From the NCBI GenBank assembly GCA_017648425.1, contig JAGCJD010000174.1:1-28772 (forward strand): DNA of 28,772 bases, written 5' to 3'. The first letter of the stretch is position 1; each line of letters starts with the position of its first letter. The translations under genes and the position numbers were made by a program. Of the stretch, positions 8,510-16,663 are shown one piece after another. The DNA comes from Clostridia bacterium (GTDB taxonomy: Bacteria; Bacillota; Clostridia; Oscillospirales; CAG-272). The notes below the pieces were generated by a model. It saw nothing but the letters and a program-made list of their open reading frames with translations, had not been told where the DNA came from and searched no databases.

Positions 8510-9397
8510 ATGCAAAGAGAACGACAGATAAGGTCGGGGAAGCTGTTAGAGGTGGATTTTTACCCTGTTTTTGAAAACGGTAAAAGGCTTCCCGTAAGAG
8601 CTAAGCGCTCCAAGGTGACCTCTGAGGAGCAACAAAGGTATAACCAAAAGACGGCAGTGAGAAAATTCGTTCGACTTATCAACTCAAATTTTGATAACTC
8701 GGATATACTTCTGCATGTTACATATTCGCCCGAGAACGCCCCCGCGAGCTTTGACGAGGCAAAGCGTGAGCTTTACAATTACATACGGCGCATAAAGCAG
8801 CTTCGCAAAAGGGAACTCGCAAGAATAAGCGAGCTTTGCGGGCGATTTCCCGATGACAAGGAGCTCGTAAAAAAGAGGGACAAGCTAAGCGCGCCTTTTT
8901 TGTATTGCAACACGCTCGAGGAGAATGTTTACAAGACTGGAAGATACAAGGGCATGACCTCGTATCATTTCCACTGCTTTATGACAGGAGGGCTCGAACG
9001 CGATGTTATGGAGGAGGCTTGGGGGTTAGGTGTTCGTGTGAATGCTGACAGATACCGCCCCGACAGGTTCGGGCCCGAAACGGCGGCGAGGTACTGCTCT
9101 AAGGATCCTCGCGGTAAAAAGAGGTTCTGTTCTTCCCGCGGTCTTCGCCGTCCGATAGAAGCAAAGCCGAGGGACGGAAGGATAACGGCGAGGGGCGTTG
9201 AGCGTCTTGCGAAAAAGCGATGTGACGACCGAGAATATTGGGAGAACAGATACAAGGGGTATCGTTTTCTTCGTTGCTTTGCAAGATACAACCCCTATAA
9301 TTGCCACTGGTATGTATCGGTGGTCATGTATCGGGCGGAGAGGGACGAGGACATGCCGCCGTGGGGCGATGTAAATGACGAGCAAATGCTGTGGTAG
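8510..9397 (+). CDS. HUH-endonuclease rolling-circle replication-associated protein
   Basis: Motif I LHVTY, motif II YHFHCFM, motif III ARYCSKD in canonical order. Confidence 0.82.
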   Translation: MQRERQIRSGKLLEVDFYPVFENGKRLPVRAKRSKVTSEEQQRYNQKTAVRKFVRLINSNFDNSDILLHVTYSPENAPASFDEAKRELYNYIRRIKQLRKRELARISELCGRFPDDKELVKKRDKLSAPFLYCNTLEENVYKTGRYKGMTSYHFHCFMTGGLERDVMEEAWGLGVRVNADRYRPDRFGPETAARYCSKDPRGKKRFCSSRGLRRPIEAKPRDGRITARGVERLAKKRCDDREYWENRYKGYRFLRCFARYNPYNCHWYVSVVMYRAERDEDMPPWGDVNDEQMLW

Positions 9398-9427
9398 GAG
9401 AAATAATGGGGAAAGGAGAAGGAGCAT

Positions 9428-9664
9428 ATGTCTATATCTAAGGACAGCATTTTTATTAAATGCCCTTTTTTTAAGGCGCATGATGCAAGGCGTATCTTTT
9501 GCGAGGGCATAGTTAAGGATAGCTCTGTCCACCTTTCTTTTATGAGCGCAGATACCAAACGGCAGTACGAAAAAAAGCACTGTGAGCATGGATATGGCTC
9601 ATGCCCTATTTATAAAATAAACGAGCGCAAATACGATGAAATGGGTAATGATACCTCTGTTTGA
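9428..9664 (+). CDS. Small Cys-rich protein directly upstream of the packaging module (candidate late activator)
   Basis: KCPFF...IFCEG...HCEHGYGSCPIY; AGGAG RBS. Confidence 0.7.
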   Translation: MSISKDSIFIKCPFFKAHDARRIFCEGIVKDSSVHLSFMSADTKRQYEKKHCEHGYGSCPIYKINERKYDEMGNDTSV

Positions 9665-9726
9665 GCAAAAAAGATAACATACAGCTTTTAACGCCCGACT
9701 ATCATTTGTTGTTTTTCGGGGGTATA

Positions 9727-9760
9727 GGGCTACCACTTGCTGTTGCTGTTGTTGTATAAT
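9727..9760 (+). promoter_or_regulatory. Putative phage late promoter 1
   Basis: GGGCTACCA-19 nt-TATAAT upstream of terS. Confidence 0.7.
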
Positions 9761-9778
9761 TGTTAAAAAAGGGGGGAT

Positions 9779-10261
9779 ATGGTGCTTAATTGGGAACAGA
9801 TCCGTGTAGATTATATTACTAATGAGTCTGCTTCGTACAGAAAACTTGCTAAAAAATACGGTGTTTCTTACACGGCTGTGGGTGACAAGGCGCGCGCAGA
9901 GGGCTGGATTAAAGAGCGTGAACACTACCAAACCAAAACACTGTCAAAAACAATTGCGGCCGTAAGTAAAAGGCAAGCCTCTCGCGCTACCAGATTACAA
10001 GCCATTACAGACAAGCTTTTGAACAAGATAGAGAGGGCTGTTGATGACCTTGAAATGCGTGAAATCATGACCGATAAAGGCGCTATAAGGCAGATAACAG
10101 GCGCATTGAAGGACATTAAGGATATTCAAATGATCAAGTCTGACGCTGACATAAGGGAGCAAGAGGCGCGCATCAGAGGTCTTGAAAAGCAGATAGAGGG
10201 CGATGTGGGCGCGCAAATAGATATAGTGTTTGCTGACGGAGCAGAGGAGCTTGCAAGGTGA
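9779..10261 (+). CDS. Terminase small subunit (probable)
   Basis: N-terminal HTH NWEQIRVDY...SYRKLAKKYGVS; overlaps the terL start. Confidence 0.78.
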   Translation: MVLNWEQIRVDYITNESASYRKLAKKYGVSYTAVGDKARAEGWIKEREHYQTKTLSKTIAAVSKRQASRATRLQAITDKLLNKIERAVDDLEMREIMTDKGAIRQITGALKDIKDIQMIKSDADIREQEARIRGLEKQIEGDVGAQIDIVFADGAEELAR

Positions 10262-11652
10262 AGCGGATAAGCTGGAATGTGGGAGCTCCAAACGAAAAAC
10301 AACGGCAAATGTTTTTGGATACCCACCGATATATAGGATATGGCGGCGCGAGAGGCGGAGGCAAGTCGTGGGCGGTGCGCAAAAAAATGATATTGCTGTG
10401 CCTTAAATACAGCGGTATAAAATGCGGAATATACCGCAGGACATATCCCGAGCTGCGAAATAATCATGTCGTTCCTCTGCTTACAGAGCTCAGCGGTTTG
10501 GCAAAATACAACGAGAGCAAAAAAACATTTTATTTTCCCAACCGCTCTACGCTTCAACTATGCTTTGCCGACAACCTCAAAGACATAAATCAAAAATTCC
10601 AAGGACAGGAATATGATGCCCTGGCGATAGACGAGGCAACGCAGATAAGCGAGGAATGGTTCTCGATAATTAAAGCTACCATAAGAGGAGTAAATGATTT
10701 TCCAAAGCGTGTGTATATAACCTGCAATCCCGGGGGAATAGGGCATTCGTGGGTGAAAAGGCTTTTTATAGACAAGATATATAAGGACAGCGAAAGGGCG
10801 GAGGATTATAGCTTTATTCAGGCTTTGCCCACCGACAACACGGCATTAATGAACAGCAATCCCGATTATATCAGAACGCTTGAAGCCTTGCCGCCTCAGC
10901 TCAAAAAAGCGTGGTTGGAGGGCTCATGGGACATATTCTTTGGGCAATTCTTTGAGGAGTTTACCAACAATCCCGACCGCTATAAGGATAGATTATGGAC
11001 GCATGTAATAGAGCCCTTTGAAATACCTCCAAATTGGGAGATATACCGCTCGTTCGACTGGGGCTTTGCCAAGCCCTTTTCTTGCGATTGGTGGGCGATT
11101 GACGGCGATGGCAGGGCGTATCTTATATTACAGCTATACGGTTGTAACGGAACGCCTGACGAGGGTGTGAGATGGACGGCGGACAAGGTGTTTTCCGAAA
11201 TTGCAAGGATAGAGAGGGAGCACCGATGGTTAAAGGGAAAATTTATTCGCGGAGTTGCAGACACTGCCATTTGGGCATCAGACGGCGGAGAGCCGATAAT
11301 TGAGAGCGCAGAGCGACACGGCGTATTCTTTGAAAAAGCTGACAAGACGAGAATAAGCGGCTGGATGCAGGTGCATTACAGACTTGCCTTTGATGAAGCG
11401 GGGCGGCCGATGATGTATTTCTTTAACACTTGCAGACACGCTATAAGGACACTGCCGCTGTTGACATACTCGGATACTATGACCGAGGACCTGAATACTG
11501 CGCAAGAGGATCACTTTGCCGATTCGTGCAGGTACTTTTGTATGTCACGACCGATAAAAAGCCGTGATCTGTCAGTGGAATACAAATACAAATTCGATCC
11601 GTTAGATCAATTCAAAGATATGGGCAAAAATAAATATACATATTACGGATAA
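10258..11652 (+). CDS. terL: Terminase large subunit
   Basis: Walker A YGGARGGGKS, Walker B LAIDEATQ, TCNPGGIGHSWV, nuclease domain DWGF and EDHFADSCRY. Confidence 0.95.
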   Translation: MKRISWNVGAPNEKQRQMFLDTHRYIGYGGARGGGKSWAVRKKMILLCLKYSGIKCGIYRRTYPELRNNHVVPLLTELSGLAKYNESKKTFYFPNRSTLQLCFADNLKDINQKFQGQEYDALAIDEATQISEEWFSIIKATIRGVNDFPKRVYITCNPGGIGHSWVKRLFIDKIYKDSERAEDYSFIQALPTDNTALMNSNPDYIRTLEALPPQLKKAWLEGSWDIFFGQFFEEFTNNPDRYKDRLWTHVIEPFEIPPNWEIYRSFDWGFAKPFSCDWWAIDGDGRAYLILQLYGCNGTPDEGVRWTADKVFSEIARIEREHRWLKGKFIRGVADTAIWASDGGEPIIESAERHGVFFEKADKTRISGWMQVHYRLAFDEAGRPMMYFFNTCRHAIRTLPLLTYSDTMTEDLNTAQEDHFADSCRYFCMSRPIKSRDLSVEYKYKFDPLDQFKDMGKNKYTYYG

Positions 11653-11665
11653 CAGGGAGGTACTG

Positions 11666-13558
11666 ATGAATCCATTTAAAACGCTGATAAAGCATGCTCC
11701 TTTGCCAGGAAGCAGGACGATACAAAAGGAAGAATCGGAGGATATAAAGGAAAGCGGAACGGTCGTGGACGAAAAACGCATAGGCGAGTGGATAGCTACG
11801 CTTCGCAGATACAAGAGCGCAAAAGCAACGATAGAGCAAAAGCTTAAAAGCAACGAGAGATTTTGGAGAATGCGACAGTGGAAGGAGGGAGCGCCCGAGG
11901 ACAAGAATGGCATTCCCGCGACAGCATGGCTGTTCACCTGCATACAGTCTAAGCTTGCCGATGCGGTGGAGGCATATCCGAGAGCAAATTTCAGACCGCG
12001 ACAGAGGGACGATGCGGAGGAGGCGAGAATGCTTTCAAGCGTGTGTCCTATAATCGTGGATCAGACAGGATTTAGAAAGACATATAAGAATGTTGCGGAA
12101 TATACGCTTAAAAACGGAGTGGGCGTATATCACATATGGTGGGACGGCGCAAAGCACAACGGACTTGGAGATATAGCTATATCCGAGCAGAATGTGCTTA
12201 ATATATTTTGGGAGCCTGGCATAACGGATATTCAAAGATCAACCTATGTTTTTACTGTGGAGGTCGTTGATATAAGTATACTGCGACACAGATACCCCGA
12301 GCAAGCTCCTAGGATAAAGAGCAAGGTTATTGATGTGAGCAGGTTTATAACAGACGAAAGGGTGGATACGCACGATAAGGTCGTGGTGGTAGATGTCTAT
12401 TACAAGGTAAACGGCGCGCTTCATTACGCAAAGATCGCTGACAATGTATTACTGGAATCGACTGAGAACTGCCCCGAGAGATATCCTTACGGGCTTTATA
12501 AGCACGGAAAATATCCTTTTGTCGTGCAACAGCTCTATCACATAGAGCAGAGCCTTTACGGAACGGGACTTGTGGATATCGGCGCAGATGCGCAGATACA
12601 GATAGACCTTATAAACGAGGCTGTTGTGGAAAACACATTGATGGGAGCAAAACCAAGGTATTTTTCGCAGGTGGGCAACAATTTCAGAGATGAGGATCTG
12701 CTCGATTGGAGAAAAGCGATAGTGCCTTGCGCATCAATATCTGACACCGCATTAAAGCCGATAGAGAGTAAATCCTTGCAGGGCAACTACCTTGATTTTT
12801 TGAACATGAAAACGCAGGAGCTTAAATTTGTTACCTCAAATCAAGATATAAACAACGGCATGGCGCCCTCGGGTATAACTGCCGCTTCGGCATTGGCGGT
12901 GTTGCAGGAGGGAGCGGGACGCTCGTCAAGATTTATCAACAGGACCTTTTATGACGCGTTCTTGGAGGTCATGGAGTTTGTTGTTGAGCTTATGAGAGAA
13001 TTTTACAACACTCAGAGGTGGTTCAGGGTAGCTTCCGATGAGATGGGCGGAGAGGAGGATTTTGTAAGGTATGATAACACGGCGCTTAAAGGCGCTGTCC
13101 AGCTCCTTGAAAATGGGACACAGGCGTACAGAGTTCCCGAGTTTGATATTGAGATAACGGCAGAAAGGGCAAGTCCTTACAAAAAAATGGAGATGAATGA
13201 GCTTGCATTGACATTCTTTAAAATGGGCTTTTTTACTCCGCAAATGACCGATCAGGCAATAGCGTGCTTGTCGATAATGGATTTTGACGGCAAAGAGGAG
13301 ATCATGGACACTATCCGACAAAACGGAGTTCTTGCTGACCGCGTACAGATGCTTCAAGAGCTTGGCATAGCTCTTGCAGCTAAATACAAGGACGCAGAGG
13401 CAATGATGGCGTTACAGCAGAGCTTGGGCGGAGGGGCGCAGTCTATACCGAGCGCAGATGTGGATATACATAGCGCCGTTGCCCCCGATAAAGGCGCGGG
13501 AGAGATAAAGCAGGTGGAGAGGGCGAGAGCTATGGCAAGGAGCAATATCGAGGTATAG
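11666..13558 (+). CDS. Portal protein
   Basis: 630 aa after terL; NFRPRQRDDAEEA, NIFWEPG, YPFV...YGTGLVD, helical repeat pattern. Confidence 0.85.
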   Translation: MNPFKTLIKHAPLPGSRTIQKEESEDIKESGTVVDEKRIGEWIATLRRYKSAKATIEQKLKSNERFWRMRQWKEGAPEDKNGIPATAWLFTCIQSKLADAVEAYPRANFRPRQRDDAEEARMLSSVCPIIVDQTGFRKTYKNVAEYTLKNGVGVYHIWWDGAKHNGLGDIAISEQNVLNIFWEPGITDIQRSTYVFTVEVVDISILRHRYPEQAPRIKSKVIDVSRFITDERVDTHDKVVVVDVYYKVNGALHYAKIADNVLLESTENCPERYPYGLYKHGKYPFVVQQLYHIEQSLYGTGLVDIGADAQIQIDLINEAVVENTLMGAKPRYFSQVGNNFRDEDLLDWRKAIVPCASISDTALKPIESKSLQGNYLDFLNMKTQELKFVTSNQDINNGMAPSGITAASALAVLQEGAGRSSRFINRTFYDAFLEVMEFVVELMREFYNTQRWFRVASDEMGGEEDFVRYDNTALKGAVQLLENGTQAYRVPEFDIEITAERASPYKKMEMNELALTFFKMGFFTPQMTDQAIACLSIMDFDGKEEIMDTIRQNGVLADRVQMLQELGIALAAKYKDAEAMMALQQSLGGGAQSIPSADVDIHSAVAPDKGAGEIKQVERARAMARSNIEV

Positions 13559-13559
13559 C

Positions 13560-13868
13560 ATGATAGCTGTGACCGTAGAGGGGGAATACGCTCTTGTGGT
13601 GGAAGGACACGCGGGACAAGCCCCAAAGGGACAAGATATAGTATGCTCCGCCATGTCTATGCTTATCGGCTCGCTTGCAGAGTTCGTTCTACATAACAGA
13701 GCAAGGTGTATAGATGCCGATGTGGAGCTGACGAACGGATATGCAAGAGTAAGAGCAATTCCTCAAAAGGATTTTGAAAAAGAGCTTTCGGGAGCGTTTT
13801 GCATGGCGACATTGGGTATGGAGATGTTAAAATCACGATACCCCGAATATGTAACGGAAAAAACATAG
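13560..13868 (+). CDS. prp: Phage-encoded Prp-family cysteine protease (prohead maturation)
   Basis: VEGHAG...GQDIVCSAMS catalytic His/Cys motif of ribosomal-processing protease Prp. Confidence 0.9.
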   Translation: MIAVTVEGEYALVVEGHAGQAPKGQDIVCSAMSMLIGSLAEFVLHNRARCIDADVELTNGYARVRAIPQKDFEKELSGAFCMATLGMEMLKSRYPEYVTEKT

Positions 13869-13874
13869 ACAATG

Positions 13875-13908
13875 GGGCTACCACTTAGCGCTTTGATTAT
13901 GATATATT
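13875..13908 (+). promoter_or_regulatory. Putative phage late promoter 2
   Basis: GGGCTACCA-19 nt-TATATT (TGn-extended) upstream of the scaffold gene. Confidence 0.7.
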
Positions 13909-13977
13909 AATATCAAGGAAACGCCAACCTAAAATGGCAGATGGAAGCGCCGACCTAAACGGCAGGAAGGAGTGCGC

Positions 13978-14943
13978 ATGGCACTGAAAAAAACATTTGA
14001 TTTACAGCTCTTTGCAGAGGGCGCGGACGGTGGAGCTCCTGCATCAAGCGGCAGTGGATCAAGCGAGGCAGAGGGAGCAACGGTGGCGAAAAACACAGCC
14101 TATCCAAAGAATATTCCCGAGCGCGCAAAAAAATACTATGACATGGCTATCAAGAAAACGCAGAGTGTCGACACTGCAAACGAGGCTGTCATGGCAGAAA
14201 AAGCAGCGTCCCCCACCGCAGAGGAAACCGTTACTTACGAGCAGCAGCAAGAGCCACGGCAAAAACTGACATATAAGGAGCTCATTAAGTCTGACGAATA
14301 CAAGGCAGAGCATGAGAAGTATGTGCAGAGGGTGGTAAAGGACCGTTTGAAATCCCATTATGAGATACTTGGTCTTGTAGCGCAGAAGTATGGTGTTGAT
14401 GTTAATTCGGAAACATTCAAGGACGATTTGCGCGCAGCACTTGTATCCGATGACAGCGTATATGAAAAATACGCTGAGGAGCATGATGTGTCTATTAACG
14501 AAGCCAAGCGCATGGTGGGCATTGAACAGCAATTAAAGCAGGCGACACAGGAGGCGGCGGAGCGCAAGGAGCAAGAGGAGTACGCTCGTACGATAGACGC
14601 TTTGCGGAGCGTTGCCAAGGGCACAAAATCAGAGTATCCCGAGTTTGATTTGGATACATATATGGCAGACGATCGTTTCAGACGGCTTGTAGTAGCCTTT
14701 GGGGGCGACACTACCAAGGCTTATGAGGCCTTGAACCATAGAACGCTCAAACAGAGAGCGGTCATGGAAGCGGAAACGAGAGCGCAGGCGGCAGTTGCCA
14801 ACAGTGTAAGAGCGAACAAGACGCGTCCGCTGGAAGGCGGAATTTCCTCGACTAACTCAGCAATAGACAGCACTCCCGATTTTAGATCTATGGATCTTGC
14901 GCAGTTGAGGCTGTATGCTGCACAACACAAAATCAAAAGATAG
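13978..14943 (+). CDS. Capsid scaffolding protein
   Basis: Start MALKKTFDLQLFAEG after AGGAAGGAG; acidic coiled-coil between protease and capsid. Confidence 0.82.
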   Translation: MALKKTFDLQLFAEGADGGAPASSGSGSSEAEGATVAKNTAYPKNIPERAKKYYDMAIKKTQSVDTANEAVMAEKAASPTAEETVTYEQQQEPRQKLTYKELIKSDEYKAEHEKYVQRVVKDRLKSHYEILGLVAQKYGVDVNSETFKDDLRAALVSDDSVYEKYAEEHDVSINEAKRMVGIEQQLKQATQEAAERKEQEEYARTIDALRSVAKGTKSEYPEFDLDTYMADDRFRRLVVAFGGDTTKAYEALNHRTLKQRAVMEAETRAQAAVANSVRANKTRPLEGGISSTNSAIDSTPDFRSMDLAQLRLYAAQHKIKR

Positions 14944-14946
14944 TCA

Positions 14947-14966
14947 AGGGGAGAATATTCTCCCCT
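14947..14966. repeat. 20-bp perfect palindrome between scaffold and capsid genes
   Basis: aggggagaatattctcccct directly before the capsid RBS. Confidence 0.8.
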
Positions 14967-14980
14967 AAAAAGGAGAATTT

Positions 14981-15976
14981 ATGAAAACAGCAACAAAAAA
15001 CTTTGATATTCAGCTTTTCGCATTTGAGGCGCCGTCAACTATGACCAAGACGACCACCTCAGGTATATCTTCCACCATAAAGGAGTTTTACGACACCGCG
15101 CTTCTCGAAAACGCAAGAGAAGCTTCCGTGTTCGGACAATTCGGTAAGACGCAGACCATGAGCAACGGTCTTTCGGCAGAGTGGCGCAGATTTAAGACCT
15201 TTGCGCCCGCTACTACTCCTCTTACCGAGGGAGTAGCGCCTTCGGGCTCTACGCTTGGTATAGAGGCTATACACGCAAATCTCTCTCAGCACGGAGATTT
15301 CGTTGCCGTAAGCGATCAGCTTGAATATGCCGCGATAGATGACATAATCTTTGGCGCTACTGAGGAAATGGGAGCGGCAGGCGGAGCAACCGAGGATATA
15401 CTTACTCGTAACGCGTTGCTCGGAGGAACTAATGTAGCGTATTGCGCAAACAGCTCGGGAAATGTACCGACAAGCAGAGGCGACCTTGACGGAACTTCTC
15501 GCTTGACGCCTGAATATGTAAACAAGGCGGCGACACTTCTCAAAAAGATGAAAGCGCCCCGCATAAACGGATACTATGTCGCTATCATTCACCCATCTGT
15601 GGCGGAGGATCTGAGAAACAGCGAGGAGTGGAAGGAATTCCACAAGTACAACGCTGTAAATCCCATATTCAAGGGTGAGATAGGAGAGCTTCATGGCGTT
15701 AAGTTTGTAGAGAGCAACGATGCAAAGATATATAAGAGCGGCGCAAACGCGGTGTACGCAACGCTGTTCTTTGGAGCAGATGCATGGGGAACGCTTGACC
15801 CCGAGGGAATGGGCATGGAAATGATAATCAAGGACAAGTCAGAGATAGGCGGTCCTCTCAATCAGTACTCCACTATCGGATACAAATTCATGCACGGAGC
15901 GGCAATACTTTATCAGGAAAGACTTGTAAGAGTTGAATCCAACTCGTCATACAGCGCCACAGACGAGGCAAACTAA
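14981..15976 (+). CDS. Major capsid protein, N4-gp56 family
   Basis: 331 aa; PLTEGV.P, QHGDF, YVAIIHP, GEIGELHGVKFVES, GPLNQYSTIGYK; leader FDIQLFA. Confidence 0.92.
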   Translation: MKTATKNFDIQLFAFEAPSTMTKTTTSGISSTIKEFYDTALLENAREASVFGQFGKTQTMSNGLSAEWRRFKTFAPATTPLTEGVAPSGSTLGIEAIHANLSQHGDFVAVSDQLEYAAIDDIIFGATEEMGAAGGATEDILTRNALLGGTNVAYCANSSGNVPTSRGDLDGTSRLTPEYVNKAATLLKKMKAPRINGYYVAIIHPSVAEDLRNSEEWKEFHKYNAVNPIFKGEIGELHGVKFVESNDAKIYKSGANAVYATLFFGADAWGTLDPEGMGMEMIIKDKSEIGGPLNQYSTIGYKFMHGAAILYQERLVRVESNSSYSATDEAN

Positions 15977-15994
15977 TTTTATCGGAGGAAATTC

Positions 15995-16243
15995 ATGGCT
16001 ACAACAAGCGGTGAAAAGACAAGAAAGATAACACTTCCGCTTCTTGAAGGGAGAAACGCTGTTCAGGAAGCATTCGTATGTGTCAATTTTAAGCCCTATC
16101 AGATACAGAGAGGCGTGGAGGTAGAGATACCCGAAAGCGTATATAATGTTTTGATGGAATCCGAGAGAGCTAAAAACGAGGCGATACTTGAGCGACAGAA
16201 AAAGGCGCTCAGAAGTCCCGAAAACTCGGAGCGCGTGAATTAA
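15995..16243 (+). CDS. Small virion-module hypothetical protein
   Basis: 82 aa, GGAGG RBS, VCVNFKPYQIQRGVEVEIPESV. Confidence 0.75.
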   Translation: MATTSGEKTRKITLPLLEGRNAVQEAFVCVNFKPYQIQRGVEVEIPESVYNVLMESERAKNEAILERQKKALRSPENSERVN

Positions 16244-16246
16244 AAC

Positions 16247-16278
16247 AAGGGGAGGGGCGTAGTCCCCTCCCGATTTTT
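16247..16278 (+). terminator. Rho-independent terminator after the capsid-proximal gene
   Basis: GC-rich hairpin gggagggg-cgtagt-cccctccc followed by a T tract. Confidence 0.7.
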
Positions 16279-16292
16279 TATAGGAGGAAAGC

Positions 16293-16661
16293 ATGACAAT
16301 ACTTGAAGCCATAAGCAAAGCAGACGAATTCAGAAACAACAGAATAGAAGCGGCGGTAAAGATAGCGATGCTCTCGGAGCTGGACGGGCGGATATACGCC
16401 GAGGTAATAGAGGGAACGAACGCCTTTGAGGGATATAATGAAAGTACGCCAATGGACACGGAGCTTATCGTGCCGTATCCTTACGATGCCTTATATATAA
16501 GCTATTTGGAGTCGGAGATTTGCAGAATAAGCGGAGAAATGTCCAAATACGCTATCGCACGGAGCATATTTGCCGAAAAGTATGAATCGTTTAAGGCGTG
16601 GTATATCCGCTCCCACGAATACAACAAGCCAAACATAAAAATTCCTGTAAGGAGGTATTGA
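16293..16661 (+). CDS. Head-tail adaptor-like protein
   Basis: 122 aa, AGGAGG RBS, position after capsid, ELIVPYPYD.LY..YL motif. Confidence 0.65.
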   Translation: MTILEAISKADEFRNNRIEAAVKIAMLSELDGRIYAEVIEGTNAFEGYNESTPMDTELIVPYPYDALYISYLESEICRISGEMSKYAIARSIFAEKYESFKAWYIRSHEYNKPNIKIPVRRY

Positions 16662-16663
16662 GC

